Assembly: GCA_963767925.1 (NCBI GenBank)
Contig: CAVYGB010000008.1
Coordinates: 3,200,001-3,264,000 of the forward strand
DNA: 64,000 nt
Origin: an uncultured delta proteobacterium
GTDB taxonomy: Bacteria; Myxococcota_A; Polyangia; Fen-1088
Direction: 5' to 3'
In this document: piece after piece, positions 49,495 through 64,000 of the stretch
Position numbering within the stretch: the stretch's first letter is position 1
Layout of the letters: the number at the start of each line of letters is the position of its first letter
The notes under the pieces: generated by a model
The model's input: the letters and a program-made list of their open reading frames with translations, nothing else
Database searches by the model: none
What the model was told of the DNA's origin: nothing
Program-made: the position numbers and the translations under genes

Positions 49495-51039
49495 ATGCCA
49501 CCCCAATTCGACGACGAGCAGCGAAGCGACACCCCCACCGAACCGGTCCGCAAGGGTGATCCATGCACGATCGTCATCTTCGGCGCCTCGGGCGACCTCA
49601 CCAAACGCAAGCTGGCCCCCGCCCTCTACAACCTCTCCCGGGAGGGTTTGCTTCCCGATTCCCTCGCGGTCGTGGGCTATGCCCGCCGCGAGATCGACAA
49701 CGAGACCTTCCGGGAACGGATGCGGGCCGAGGTGGCCGAGCACACCGGGGGCGCGCTGGATGTCGAGGCCTGGCACCGACTCGAGCAGAGGCTCTATTAC
49801 CAGCGGGGGGATCTCGAGTCGGCCCCCCACTTCGCCGACCTGGAACGGACGCTGACCGAGCTCGAGACCCGCCACCAGACCCAGGGCAACATCCTCTTTT
49901 ACCTGGCCACCGCCCCCGACCTGTTCGCCCCGGTGGTGCGCCAGCTCGAGGCCCGCGGGCTGACCACCGAGACCGATCACCGCTGGCGGCGCGTGGTGGT
50001 GGAGAAGCCCTTCGGGCGGGACCTGGCCTCCGCGCGCGAGCTGAACCTGGAGCTGCGGCGCGCGCTCAAGGAGAGCCAGATCTACCGGATCGATCACTAC
50101 CTCGGGAAAGAGACCGTCCAGAACCTGCTGGTCTTCCGCTTCTCGAACGGGATCTTCGAGCCGATCTGGAACCGCCGCTACGTCGACCACGTCCAGATCA
50201 CCGTCTCGGAGACGCTGGGGGTGGAGGGGCGCGGCGGCTACTACGACCGCTCGGGCGCCCTGCGGGACATGGTGCCCAACCACATCTTCCAGCTCATCAG
50301 CCTGGTGGCGATGGAGCCGCCGATCTCCTTCGAGGCCGACGCCGTCCGCGACGAGCAGAGCAAGGTCCTGCGCGCGGTCAACCCGATGACCCCCGAGCAG
50401 GTGCTCCGCAGCGCCGTGCGCGGGCAATACGGGGCGGGGCGGTTCCAGGGGCGCGCGCTGGTCGACTACCGCCGCGAGCCCCAGGTCAATCCCCTCTCCA
50501 ACACCGAGACCTTCGTGGCGATGCGGCTCGAGATCGATAGCTGGCGCTGGAAGGGCGTCCCCTTTTACCTGCGGGTGGGCAAGGCCTTGCCGAAGCGCCT
50601 CTCCGAGATCGCGGTCGTGTTCCGCCGGCCTCCGTTTTCCCTGTTCCGCAACACCCCCATCGACAAGCTCGAGCCGAACCAGCTCGTGATCAACGTGCAG
50701 CCCGACGAGGGCATCCAGCTCACCTTCGGGGCCAAGAAGCCGGGGGCGGCCATGAACATCGGGCGGGTGGCCATGCGCTTCAACTACGCCGACTACTTCG
50801 GGCAGAAGCCGGCCACCGGCTACGAGCGGCTGCTCTACGACGCCCTGCTGGGCGACCAGACCCTGTTCCAGCGGGCCGACACGGTAGAGGCCGGCTGGAG
50901 CGTGGTGACCCCGTTGCTCGATGTGTGGCAGGCCTTGACCGCCCGCGACTACCCCAACTACGCGGCAGGCACCTGGGGGCCCAGCGCGGCCACCGAGCTG
51001 ATGGCCCGGGACGGCCGGGAGTGGCGCGACGGGCGCTGA
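49495..51039 (+). CDS. zwf: Glucose-6-phosphate 1-dehydrogenase
   Basis: IFGASGDLTKRKL, VEKPFG, RIDHYLGKETVQN, RWKGVPFYLR. Confidence 0.96.
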   Translation: MPPQFDDEQRSDTPTEPVRKGDPCTIVIFGASGDLTKRKLAPALYNLSREGLLPDSLAVVGYARREIDNETFRERMRAEVAEHTGGALDVEAWHRLEQRLYYQRGDLESAPHFADLERTLTELETRHQTQGNILFYLATAPDLFAPVVRQLEARGLTTETDHRWRRVVVEKPFGRDLASARELNLELRRALKESQIYRIDHYLGKETVQNLLVFRFSNGIFEPIWNRRYVDHVQITVSETLGVEGRGGYYDRSGALRDMVPNHIFQLISLVAMEPPISFEADAVRDEQSKVLRAVNPMTPEQVLRSAVRGQYGAGRFQGRALVDYRREPQVNPLSNTETFVAMRLEIDSWRWKGVPFYLRVGKALPKRLSEIAVVFRRPPFSLFRNTPIDKLEPNQLVINVQPDEGIQLTFGAKKPGAAMNIGRVAMRFNYADYFGQKPATGYERLLYDALLGDQTLFQRADTVEAGWSVVTPLLDVWQALTARDYPNYAAGTWGPSAATELMARDGREWRDGR

Positions 51040-51125
51040 TCGATCCCGCGTCAACCCCGCCGGCCTTGCGGCGGGGTGACCGCCGTGACAGCGTCGCCCC
51101 TCCACTGCGAGGAGGAAGAAACGCC

Positions 51126-51647
51126 GTGTCGAAGCTCAGCCTGATCGGGACTCTGTCACTGGGGCTCTTCGCCCTCTCTGCTCGGGCCCAGGACAAGCCG
51201 GCGGCGCCTCCGCCCGCGCCGTCCGCCCCGGGCGCCGCCCCCGCCGCGGACAACCGCCCCAGGTGGGTGGTGGCCTGCGAAGGGGACGTCAAGAAGCTGT
51301 GCGCGGAGCAGGCCAAGTCCGGCGACGCCCGCCCCTGCCTGGCGGACAACGAGAAGGACCTCACCCAGGGCTGCAAGGACGCCTTCATCCGCCAGTACCG
51401 GATCGTCCAGCTCTGCAAGGACGACATCGAGAAGCTGTGTGGCGGGGCCAACGGCGACGGCCGGGCCATCGCCAAGTGCTTCAACGAGAAGCAGGATCAG
51501 CTCTCGCCAAAGTGCCGGGCCGCCCTCAGCCGCGGCTCGCGCGAGCACGACAAGGCCGAGGCCAAGACGGAGGCGGCGACCAAGCCGGCCGAGGAGGCCC
51601 CCAAGAAGAAGAAGGCCGTCAAGGTCAGCAAGCCCGCCGCCAACTAG
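51126..51647 (+). CDS. Exported cysteine-rich repeat protein
   Basis: GAGGAGG RBS, GTG start, signal peptide; two repeats C..D..KLC...CL/F...L...C; Lys-rich tail. Confidence 0.78.
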   Translation: MSKLSLIGTLSLGLFALSARAQDKPAAPPPAPSAPGAAPAADNRPRWVVACEGDVKKLCAEQAKSGDARPCLADNEKDLTQGCKDAFIRQYRIVQLCKDDIEKLCGGANGDGRAIAKCFNEKQDQLSPKCRAALSRGSREHDKAEAKTEAATKPAEEAPKKKKAVKVSKPAAN

Positions 51648-51659
51648 TGCGGTGAGGCA

Positions 51660-51844
51660 CTAGGGATGTCCATTTGACGGACGCGTCCGTTCGCGTCCCC
51701 GTCCCCGTCCCCGGCGGCGTCCGCACGCTTGACTGAGCATTTCGACGACGCCGTGGCCCGGGTTGGTCCTGCTCTCCTGGCGCCTCGGGGACGGGGACGC
51801 ATACGGCCACGCGCGCAGGCCCCTCCCAAATAGGGACACCCTGG
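51660..51844. repeat. Second type of MITE-like fold-back element
   Basis: Ends CTAGGGATGTCCATTTG / CAAATAGGGACACCCTGG (imperfect TIR); inner IR GCGTCCCCGTCCCCG / CGGGGACGGGGACGC. Confidence 0.5.
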
Positions 51845-51889
51845 CCCCGGCACACCGCGGGGAGAGGTGAGGTGACGCCCCGGTGGCCG

Positions 51890-52940
51890 TCAGCGGCTGG
51901 CGTAGACGCCGCAGGATTCGCGGACCAGGAGGCGGGAGCTGAGGACGATCTGTTCGTGGGCCCGCACGGTGGTGTCGTCGGTGATGCGGGAGATGAGGGC
52001 CTCGGCGCCCCGCTGGCCGATGAGGAAGCCGGGCTGCGCGATGGTGGTCAGGCGCGGGCGGAAGCCCTCCTGCCACTCGTAGTCGTCGTAGCTGATGATG
52101 CTGATGTCCTCGGGGCAGCGCAGCCCGCGGGCGCCGATGGCCTGCAGCGCGCCGATGGTGAGGCGGCTGTTGGGCACGAACATCGCCGTGGGGGGCGGGC
52201 AGCTCGAGCAGCCGCTGGGTGGCGGCGAAGCCGTCGGCGGCGCTGGCGGTCACCCGGGCCATGTACGCGGAGTCGGGGCCCAGCCCCGCCTCCTGCATCG
52301 CCTGCACGTACCCTTCGGCCCGGTCGCGGTGGCTCGACACCTCGAGCGTTGTGTCGAGCAGGGCGATCTGCTTGTGGCCGAGGCGCTGCAGGTGGCGGAC
52401 GGCGTCGCCCGAGGCGCGCAGGTTGTCCGAGACCACCACGTCGCGTCCCGAGCCCACCTGGCGGTCCACGAAGACGAGCGGCAGCGGATAGGCCTCGAGG
52501 CGGCGCTGCCACTCGGCGTCCTCGCCGCTGCGGGGCGCGGGGATCAGCACCACCCCGTCGCAGCGCAGGCCCCGCAGGGTCTGCAGGTGCTCCCACTCGA
52601 TCATGGGGTCCTCGCCGGCGTTGGCGAGGATGAGGTTGAAGCCGGCCGCGCGGGCCGCGCTGTCGACGCCCTTGACCACCTCCGGGAAATACGGATTCGT
52701 GATGTCGGGGATCACCATCCCAAGGGTCATCGTGCGCTTCATCTTCAGGCTGCGCGCGATGCGGTTGGGCAGGTAGGCCAGCTCCTTGATGGCCTCCTCG
52801 ATCCGCCGCTCGGCGGCGGCGCTCACGACCTTGTGGTTCAGATAGCGCGAGACCGTCGAGATCGAGACCCCGGCCCGGCGGGCGACCTCCCGGATGTCGG
52901 CCGCCTTCTTTTCGCTATCGCCTTCGCCGGAGCTTCTCAT
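51890..52940 (-). CDS. LacI-family transcriptional regulator (frameshift in G-run near 52190)
   Basis: IREVARRAGVSISTVSRYLN, PDITNPYF; C-terminal PEDISIISYDD...LTTIAQP in a second frame. Confidence 0.88.
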
Positions 52941-52977
52941 GAGTTGATGCGCCTGCCACCCGCCCCTCCCCGGATCG

Positions 52978-53677
52978 TCACCGGGCCGGGTTGGCCGCTT
53001 CGATGACTCGTGTTCCGGGAGGCTCGGTCCATTTGAAAAGGGAATCAGCCAGCTTGGTGTTTATCTTTACTTCGGAAAACGTGATGGCGTTGATGTCCCC
53101 TTGCGTATTTATCAGCACGCTCTGCCGGACCAGGTAGGTCTTGGGGTCGACGACGAGGTAGATCGCCTTGTACGTGGACTGTGGCTTGCGCGGCTTGAGG
53201 GCCAGGCGGTGGTCCTCGGCCTCGCCATAAGGCAACTCCTTGGCCACGGATATATCGAACTCGTCGGAGAGCTTGCCCTTGCCCATGAGGAAAGACACCG
53301 CAGCGGGTAGCTGTGATCCCTTGAGATCCTGACGGTAGGCCTGCTTGGCCTCGGGCTCGTAGACCCACAACGTGCCCTCGGAGGCCAGATACATCTGAGG
53401 CTCGGGCCCGGCGTAGTTCCAGCGCATGCGGCCCGGCTTCTTGACCAGCACCTCGCCGGTGGAGGTCCGCTCCCGCCCGGTGGCCGCATAGGTGTACTTC
53501 TGGGTGAACGTGGCGCGGTAGTCGGCCGCCGATTCGTAACGCTTCTGGATCCGCTGGATCACCTGCGGCAGGGGCTCCGGTCTGGCGGTCGGCGGCGGCG
53601 GCGGCGGCCGGGACGCTGGCGGGACCCGCCGCAGGGGCGGCCGCCAGGGCGAACAACGCGAGTAGCCAAGTGGACAT
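52978..53677 (-). CDS. lolA: Outer-membrane lipoprotein carrier protein (frameshift near 53610)
   Basis: Signal peptide from 53677; ATFTQ, KKPGRMRWNY, LWVYEP. Confidence 0.8.
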
Positions 53678-53790
53678 TTGTTGAACTCTACTTTACGACC
53701 GGGTCGAGCGGGTTCGCCCGCCGAGGCGCGATCGTTCCTCATGAATGTGACGGCGGTCGGTCCGCCGCGATTCAGGCGCCTCAGGGCGCA

Positions 53791-54033
53791 TCAGGTGTCC
53801 AGCGGCGGCGTGTCCGAAAGCAGGCCGAAGCGGGAGCGGTCCTCCTCGGTCGCGATGCGCAGGACCCGGGCCTTGGCGGGGCGCACGGTCCAGCGATCGC
53901 CCATCCACCGCCGAACGAACGGCCAGCGACCGGCGCCGAAGCAGCCGGTGTAGGTGATGGCGAGTTGCTCCGCGCGGCGGCCACGAGCCACCACGACGAG
54001 GGTTCCGGCCGGGATGCCTTCGTCCGGCTTCAT
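53791..54033 (-). CDS. Small hypothetical protein
   Basis: 80 aa, MKPDEGIPAGTLVVVARG..., co-oriented with neighbours. Confidence 0.5.
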   Translation of the reverse strand: MKPDEGIPAGTLVVVARGRRAEQLAITYTGCFGAGRWPFVRRWMGDRWTVRPAKARVLRIATEEDRSRFGLLSDTPPLDT

Positions 54034-54067
54034 CCCAGTGCTTTCCTGGTTTTTCGGGGGGGCCAGT

Positions 54068-54790
54068 CTAACGCCCGCTGCTGCCGGGGGCACCCAGGGA
54101 GAGGCGCAGTCGCAGCGAAACCAGGTCCCGCGCCACCCCCGCGATGCGGCGCAAGCCGGTGCTCTTGCTGCGTCCTGAACGGCGAGGGAGGCAGGATATT
54201 CCCACCACCGAGGTCGGCACCCGCTGGCGCAGCATCCGGATGGGGAACTCGAAGTTGAGGAAAAACGTGTCGGGGACGAGGATCCGGGGATCGAAGAGCT
54301 CGCGCCGGAAGAGATAAGGTCCATCCGACTGCATCGGCACCTGGAACAGCGCCCAGATCAGCCCCCGGATGCCCGCCGACAGGAGCGTCCGGTCCCAGCC
54401 ATCGTCCCGGTCGCGGTAGATCGATAACACCACCGACGCGCCCCCGGTCTTCGCCGTCTCGACGAGGGTCCCGAGCGCCTCGGGCGCGATCTGACCGTCG
54501 CAGGGCAAGAAGGTGACCCAGGGCAAGCTCGCCGCGGCCACCCCGGTCTTCAGGGCGGCGCCGATGCCCCGGTTGACCGGGTGGCGCAGCACCTGGCATC
54601 CGGGGCGCCCGGCGAGCACGGCCCGCGCCGCCTCCGCGGTGCCGTCGCGGCTGCCGTCGTCGACGAAGATCAGCTCGAAGGGGGCCAGACGCGCCTCGAG
54701 CCAGGCGAGGATCTCCGGCAGGACGGTGGGGACGTTGCTGGCTTCGTTGTAAGCGAAGACCACCAGCGCAAGTGGCAGCGTCCCCGACAT
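54068..54790 (-). CDS. GT2 glycosyltransferase
   Basis: AYNEA, FVDDGSRDGT, NRGIGAALKTG, PCDGQ. Confidence 0.88.
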   Translation of the reverse strand: MSGTLPLALVVFAYNEASNVPTVLPEILAWLEARLAPFELIFVDDGSRDGTAEAARAVLAGRPGCQVLRHPVNRGIGAALKTGVAAASLPWVTFLPCDGQIAPEALGTLVETAKTGGASVVLSIYRDRDDGWDRTLLSAGIRGLIWALFQVPMQSDGPYLFRRELFDPRILVPDTFFLNFEFPIRMLRQRVPTSVVGISCLPRRSGRSKSTGLRRIAGVARDLVSLRLRLSLGAPGSSGR

Positions 54791-54796
54791 GGGCCC

Positions 54797-55318
54797 TCAG
54801 CGGTGCCGCAGGATGCGGGCCGGGCTGCCGGCCACGACCGCATATTCGGGCACGTCGCGGGTGACGACCGCCCCCGCCCCGATGACCGCCCCCCGCCCCA
54901 CCGTCACGCCGGGCAGCAGGATCGCGCCCAGGCCGACGTCGGCGTCCTCCTCGATCACCACCGGGGCCAGGGCCAGCGGGGAGAACAGGACCGGGGTGGC
55001 CCGACCGCTCTCGCGGTGCTGGGAGGTCAGGATCTTGACCCCCGGACCGATGCCGACGCGGGCGCCGATGGTGAGGCCCCCCGCCGAGTGGAAGAAACAC
55101 TGCTGCCCGATCCAGGTCTCGTCGCCGATCTGCATCTGGTTCTGGTGGTACCCCTTGAGGATGCTCGCGTGGCCGACGTAGACGTTGCGCCCGAGGGTGA
55201 TGTTCTCGGGGTGAAAGACCAGCACCCCCGTCTCGAAGACGCAGTCGGGGCCCAGGGCCCGGAACTGCTCGGGCAGGAAGGCGCCCGTCCCGTGGCTGCG
55301 GTGTCTCGGCTTGTCCAT
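54797..55318 (-). CDS. Hexapeptide-repeat O-acyltransferase
   Basis: Left-handed beta-helix repeats; ILLPGVTVGRGAVIGAGAVVTRDVP...VAGSPAR. Confidence 0.88.
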   Translation of the reverse strand: MDKPRHRSHGTGAFLPEQFRALGPDCVFETGVLVFHPENITLGRNVYVGHASILKGYHQNQMQIGDETWIGQQCFFHSAGGLTIGARVGIGPGVKILTSQHRESGRATPVLFSPLALAPVVIEEDADVGLGAILLPGVTVGRGAVIGAGAVVTRDVPEYAVVAGSPARILRHR

Positions 55319-55320
55319 CG

Positions 55321-55984
55321 TCAACCTCCCGCCACGTAGTGAGCCCCGAGGGCGATCCCGAGCTGCCCCGTCCAGTAAAAGGCCAGGTTCATCGTCTGCT
55401 GCATCGGCAGGGGCTGCCGGAAGCGGCCCCAGGCCAGGATGGCGTCGCTGAGATAAAACGAGACCGCCCCGGCCGTGATGGGGACGGTGACGTAAAAGGG
55501 CCAGGGCCCGCCGAGCAGCACGTAGGCCGCGCCCACCATGACGGTGATGGCCAGGCCGTACAGCAGGATCGGCGCTCGCAGCCCCCCGTCGACGCGCGGC
55601 CAGAGCCGGCGCAGCAGCCAGGTCGTCGCGAGGGTCATCACCGCCAGTCCAACGAGCGCCGTCGGATCGAAGGGCCCCCGCCCGCCCCCCAGCAGGAAGG
55701 CGGAGGTGAAGGCGGCGTGGGCCAGCAAGAAGAGCAGCAGGCCGGCGAGGAAGAAGCCCGCCGCTCTCGACCAGCAGGGCGGTGTCGCCGAGGGCCGAGA
55801 GGAGCAGCGCCCCCACAACGAGGACGCCGAACCGATCCTGGGAGGGCATGCCGGTGACGAGGAGCAGGGACAGGGTCGCGGCGGGCTTGGTGAACAGGAA
55901 CAGCCAGCGCCACCGCCCATCGGCGGAGATGAGCGCGATAAGCGCCAGGGCCCCGAAGATGAGCAGGGCCAGGGGGAGCTCCAC
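55321..55984 (-). CDS. YhhN/lysoplasmalogenase-family membrane protein (frameshift near 55765)
   Basis: TKP, LSALGDTALL, FLAGLLLFLLAH, FYLSDAILAWGRF, YWTGQ. Confidence 0.8.
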
Positions 55985-56049
55985 CCCTTCATTTTATGCC
56001 CTTGCGACAGGGCGGTCACCGAAAAGGTGTCCGCACCGACGGTGGCGGC

Positions 56050-59070
<3,021 letters not shown>

Positions 59071-59196
59071 CTCGCTACCTACTTTATCCTACATTGGAAT
59101 CTAAAGCCTACATCCCAGGGTAAACCGGCTGGCGGTCCCGTCAAATTTCCCGCCCGCGGCCGCGGGGTTCCCCCGAGGGCGTCGCCCTGGCGGCTG

Positions 59197-61432
<2,236 letters not shown>

Positions 61433-61670
61433 GCCGGATCCCGTGCGCGCCGGCCGGCGGGCGGGGGAGTCCCGGGTCACGGGCAAAGCGGACACGACAT
61501 TATAGTAGTACGTCTGCCCACATCTTCGCGTCGAGCGCGCCGTCACCACCCGTCCGGGCAGGGCCGGACCGGGCACAAATTCGCCGGAGGGCCGGCTGCC
61601 GCGGGTGGGGGTCGAGGTGTCAGAAGCTCCGGACGCGCGTGCCTACACGGGTTATGATTAGGGCCAACTC

Positions 61671-62354
61671 ATGAGCTGGGAAACCATCCGAGACCTCGTC
61701 CGCGACGAGTGGTTGATTCTGTCCCTCCTGCTGCTCTGGTCGCTGGTGGGGCTCACCATCATCTGCGAGCGGGTTTATGCATTGTGGAACGTGCTCCCCA
61801 AATCGGAGGCGTTCAAGAACAAGGTCGTCGGCGCCATCGAGGCGGCGATCTCGCCAAGGCCACCGCCCTGTGCGAGACGGCCAGCGAGCCGCTCGCCGAC
61901 GTGTTCGAGCGGGGCCTGAAGATGTTCCGCAAACGCTCGGGCAAGGTCACCGAGGCGGTCAACTCGCAGCGCCTGGTTGTCGTCGGATCCTTCAGGCGCT
62001 ACCTCTGGCTGCTCGGCACGGTGGGCTCGTCGGCGCCCTTCGTCGGTCTGTTCGGCACGGTGGTCGGCATCCTCAAGGCCTTCCAGTCGATGTCGGTGGC
62101 CGGCTCGGCCGGGTTCAAGGTCGTCTCCCAGGGCATCGCCGCCGCGCTGGTGGCCACCGCCGCCGGCCTGCTTGTCGCGATCTACGCCATCATGGCCTAC
62201 AACTACTTCGTCGCCCGGGTGAACGCGATCGTCGGTGCAGTACAAGCTGCACGCCGAGGAGTTCCTGAACGCGCTGGCCGAGCACGGGCCGGTCAAGGCG
62301 GCGGCGCCCGCTCCGGCCGCGGCCGGCGGCGAGGGCCCCGTCGCGTCCGCCTGA
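61671..62354 (+). CDS. MotA/TolQ/ExbB proton channel (frameshifted)
   Basis: LGTVGSSAPFVGLFGTVVGI, GIAAALVATAAGL. Confidence 0.85.
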
Positions 62355-62372
62355 TCGAGAGGGAGACAAACC

Positions 62373-62846
62373 ATGGGTATGAACGTCAACCTCGACGACA
62401 GCTCGTCTTCGATGGACGAGTCGGACGGCCCGGAGTCCGTGGTCGCGGAGATCAACATCACCCCGCTGACCGACGTGTTCCTCGTGCTGCTGATCATCTT
62501 CATGGTCACCGCCACCGCGGCGGTGGACGCGGAGAAGGCCGCCCGCGAGGGCGTGAAGGTGGCCCTGCCCCAGGCCGACGCCGCCGGGCCGGTCACGACC
62601 AAGCGGGCGGTGCCGGTGTTGACCATCACCGCGGCCAACGAGATCTTCCTGTTTTCGCGCAAGCTCGACCCCAACCCGACCGTGATAGAGCAGGAGCTGA
62701 AGAAGGCCCTGACCGAGGGGAACTCCGACACCCTCCTACTCCGCGGCGACAAGCAGGTCATGCTGGGATCGGCGGTCGACATCATGTCGATCGCCAAGCG
62801 GGCGGGCGCGAAGAACATCGGCATCCTGACGCAACCAGGCAAGTAG
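62373..62846 (+). CDS. exbD: ExbD/TolR family protein
   Basis: EINITPLTDVFLVLLIIFMV, LRGDK. Confidence 0.9.
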   Translation: MGMNVNLDDSSSSMDESDGPESVVAEINITPLTDVFLVLLIIFMVTATAAVDAEKAAREGVKVALPQADAAGPVTTKRAVPVLTITAANEIFLFSRKLDPNPTVIEQELKKALTEGNSDTLLLRGDKQVMLGSAVDIMSIAKRAGAKNIGILTQPGK

Positions 62847-62854
62847 CGGGCTCG

Positions 62855-62989
62855 TCCAAACCGCCCCACGATCGGGCGTGGTCGCATCCAAACCGCCCCA
62901 CGGATCGGCCGGCGATTTTCCCGGCCACCTGAAATTTTCGAGCTCTGGGCGGGCAGCAGCGCCACCGGGCGCCAGGCACATCCCCTGCA
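62855..62989 (+). promoter_or_regulatory. Sigma-54-type promoter with upstream tandem enhancer-like repeats
   Basis: CAGGCACATCCCCTGCA (GG 62975, GC 62987, GG-N10-GC); TCCAAACCGCCCCACG at 62855 and 62887. Confidence 0.6.
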
Positions 62990-63041
62990 GGTAGAGAGGA
63001 CGGCTGGAACGCCAGCCCGCCCGTACCAAAGGAGATTGTCT

Positions 63042-63263
63042 ATGAAGCTGACCCGTACGCTCATTCTCGGAATCGCCTTCCTCATGCCGTCCACGGCGCT
63101 GCTCGCCCGCGCGGATGACAAGCCGGCCGCCGACAAGGCCGCTCCGGCCGAGGGCGCCGCTCCCGCCGAAGGCGAGAAGAAGGCCAAGAAGAAGAAGGCC
63201 AAGAAGGAAGACAAGAAGGAAGAGGCCCCCGCCGCCCCGGCCGCCGAGCCCGAGAAGAAGTAA
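63042..63263 (+). CDS. Small exported Lys/Ala/Glu-rich protein
   Basis: AAGGAG RBS; signal peptide MKLTRTLILGIAFLMPSTALLARA. Confidence 0.8.
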   Translation: MKLTRTLILGIAFLMPSTALLARADDKPAADKAAPAEGAAPAEGEKKAKKKKAKKEDKKEEAPAAPAAEPEKK

Positions 63264-63284
63264 CACCTCCCTCAGCCGAGGTAG

Positions 63285-63325
63285 AAAGGACCCCCGGGAG
63301 CGATCTCTCGGGGGTCTTCGTTTTT
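63285..63325 (+). terminator. Rho-independent terminator
   Basis: GGACCCCCGGGAG-CGAT-CTCTCGGGGGTCT followed by TCGTTTTT. Confidence 0.8.
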
Positions 63326-63423
63326 CAAAGGCTTCGCGCCGAGCGAGCTCGGCGGCAGCTCCGCACGCGTGGCTGGGGTTTTCGCGTTAGGATCGAATCG
63401 AGGCGAGGGCTGAGACGAGGAAC

Positions 63424-64000
63424 ATGACGGTCCGGACCAAGGTCTGGTTGCTGGTCGCAGCGGGGGTCGCCGTCGATCGCGGGCGCCACCGGGTGGCTGC
63501 ACACCTACGCCCTGCGGCGCGAGCTGACCAAGCAGACCCGCGACGCCGCCTCGGCGGTGGTCAAGGAGATCGCCGACGCCCTGGTCGCCCTCGACGCCGA
63601 CGCCGAGGACCACGACCTGGCCCACGTGCTGTCCACCTACAGTGTGCGGCACGCCCGCATCCAGCGGATCGAGCTGCACGTCGAGCGCGAGGACCTCGGC
63701 TCCGCGCTGAGCATCGTCGCCCCCCGGGGCGATCGAGCCGGAGATCCGCCGGCTGGGGCCGGCCTATCCGGCTGCCCGAGCACCGCTTCACCCGGGTCGA
63801 GACCGGCGCCGACACCTACGAGCTCCAGGAGCCGGTCGATCTGCAGGGGCCCTGGAAGGCCACCTTGCTGCTGCACTGGAGCCTGGGGGCGGTCGAGTCG
63901 GTGCTGCGCGAGTCGGAGCGCTGGGCGATCGACGCTGGGGGCCCTGCAGCTGGTGGCGCTGGTGCTGCTGGTCGGCTTCCTGGTCGACCGGGCGGTGGTG
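63424..64000 (+). CDS. Membrane sensor protein, probably a histidine kinase (partial, frameshifted)
   Basis: GAGG RBS; MTVRTKVWLLVAAGVAV TM1, periplasmic region, TM2 LVALVLLVGFLVDRAVV at the window end. Confidence 0.55.
   Translation, partial: MTVRTKVWLLVAAGVAVDRGRHRVAAHLRPAARADQADPRRRLGGGQGDRRRPGRPRRRRRGPRPGPRAVHLQCAARPHPADRAARRARGPRLRAEHRRPPGRSSRRSAGWGRPIRLPEHRFTRVETGADTYELQEPVDLQGPWKATLLLHWSLGAVESVLRESERWAIDAGGPAAGGAGAAGRLPGRPGGG

Noticed and set aside
62855..62910. Two 16-bp direct repeats as a mini-CRISPR
   Set aside because: Only two short repeats with a 16-bp gap and no cas genes; better explained as activator sites.

Overview
Very GC-rich bacterial DNA, most likely Myxococcota (MYXO-CTERM-like tail, DUF1592/DUF1552 pair, Ser/Thr kinase plus FHA-GGDEF). 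It is mostly chromosomal housekeeping and catabolic genes: eda, pdxH, zwf, acyl-CoA dehydrogenase, an M16 peptidase pair, an ECF sigma/anti-sigma pair, phoU-pstSCABB-phoR, a GH2/GMC oxidoreductase/oligosaccharide ABC operon, GH9 with an AraC regulator, lolA, ftsK and exbB/exbD. A small decayed accessory patch at ~1.4-4.1 kb carries a mazEF-type TA pair. Best leads: (1) PhoU fused to an ArsC/LMW-PTP domain whose P-loop nucleophile Cys is replaced by Asp, a candidate phosphate-sensing pseudoenzyme; (2) two copies of a ~165-bp fold-back MITE bounded by CTAG, each fused by the same end to the TAG stop of the upstream gene, plus a third, different CTAG-bounded element; (3) a putative chitosan/GlcN-oligomer operon with a Tat-type glycoside dehydrogenase. 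Many genes at ~30-34 kb and 52-64 kb have single-base frameshifts that look like sequencing or assembly errors. No rRNA, tRNA or CRISPR array was seen. All family calls come from motif recognition by eye, not database searches.
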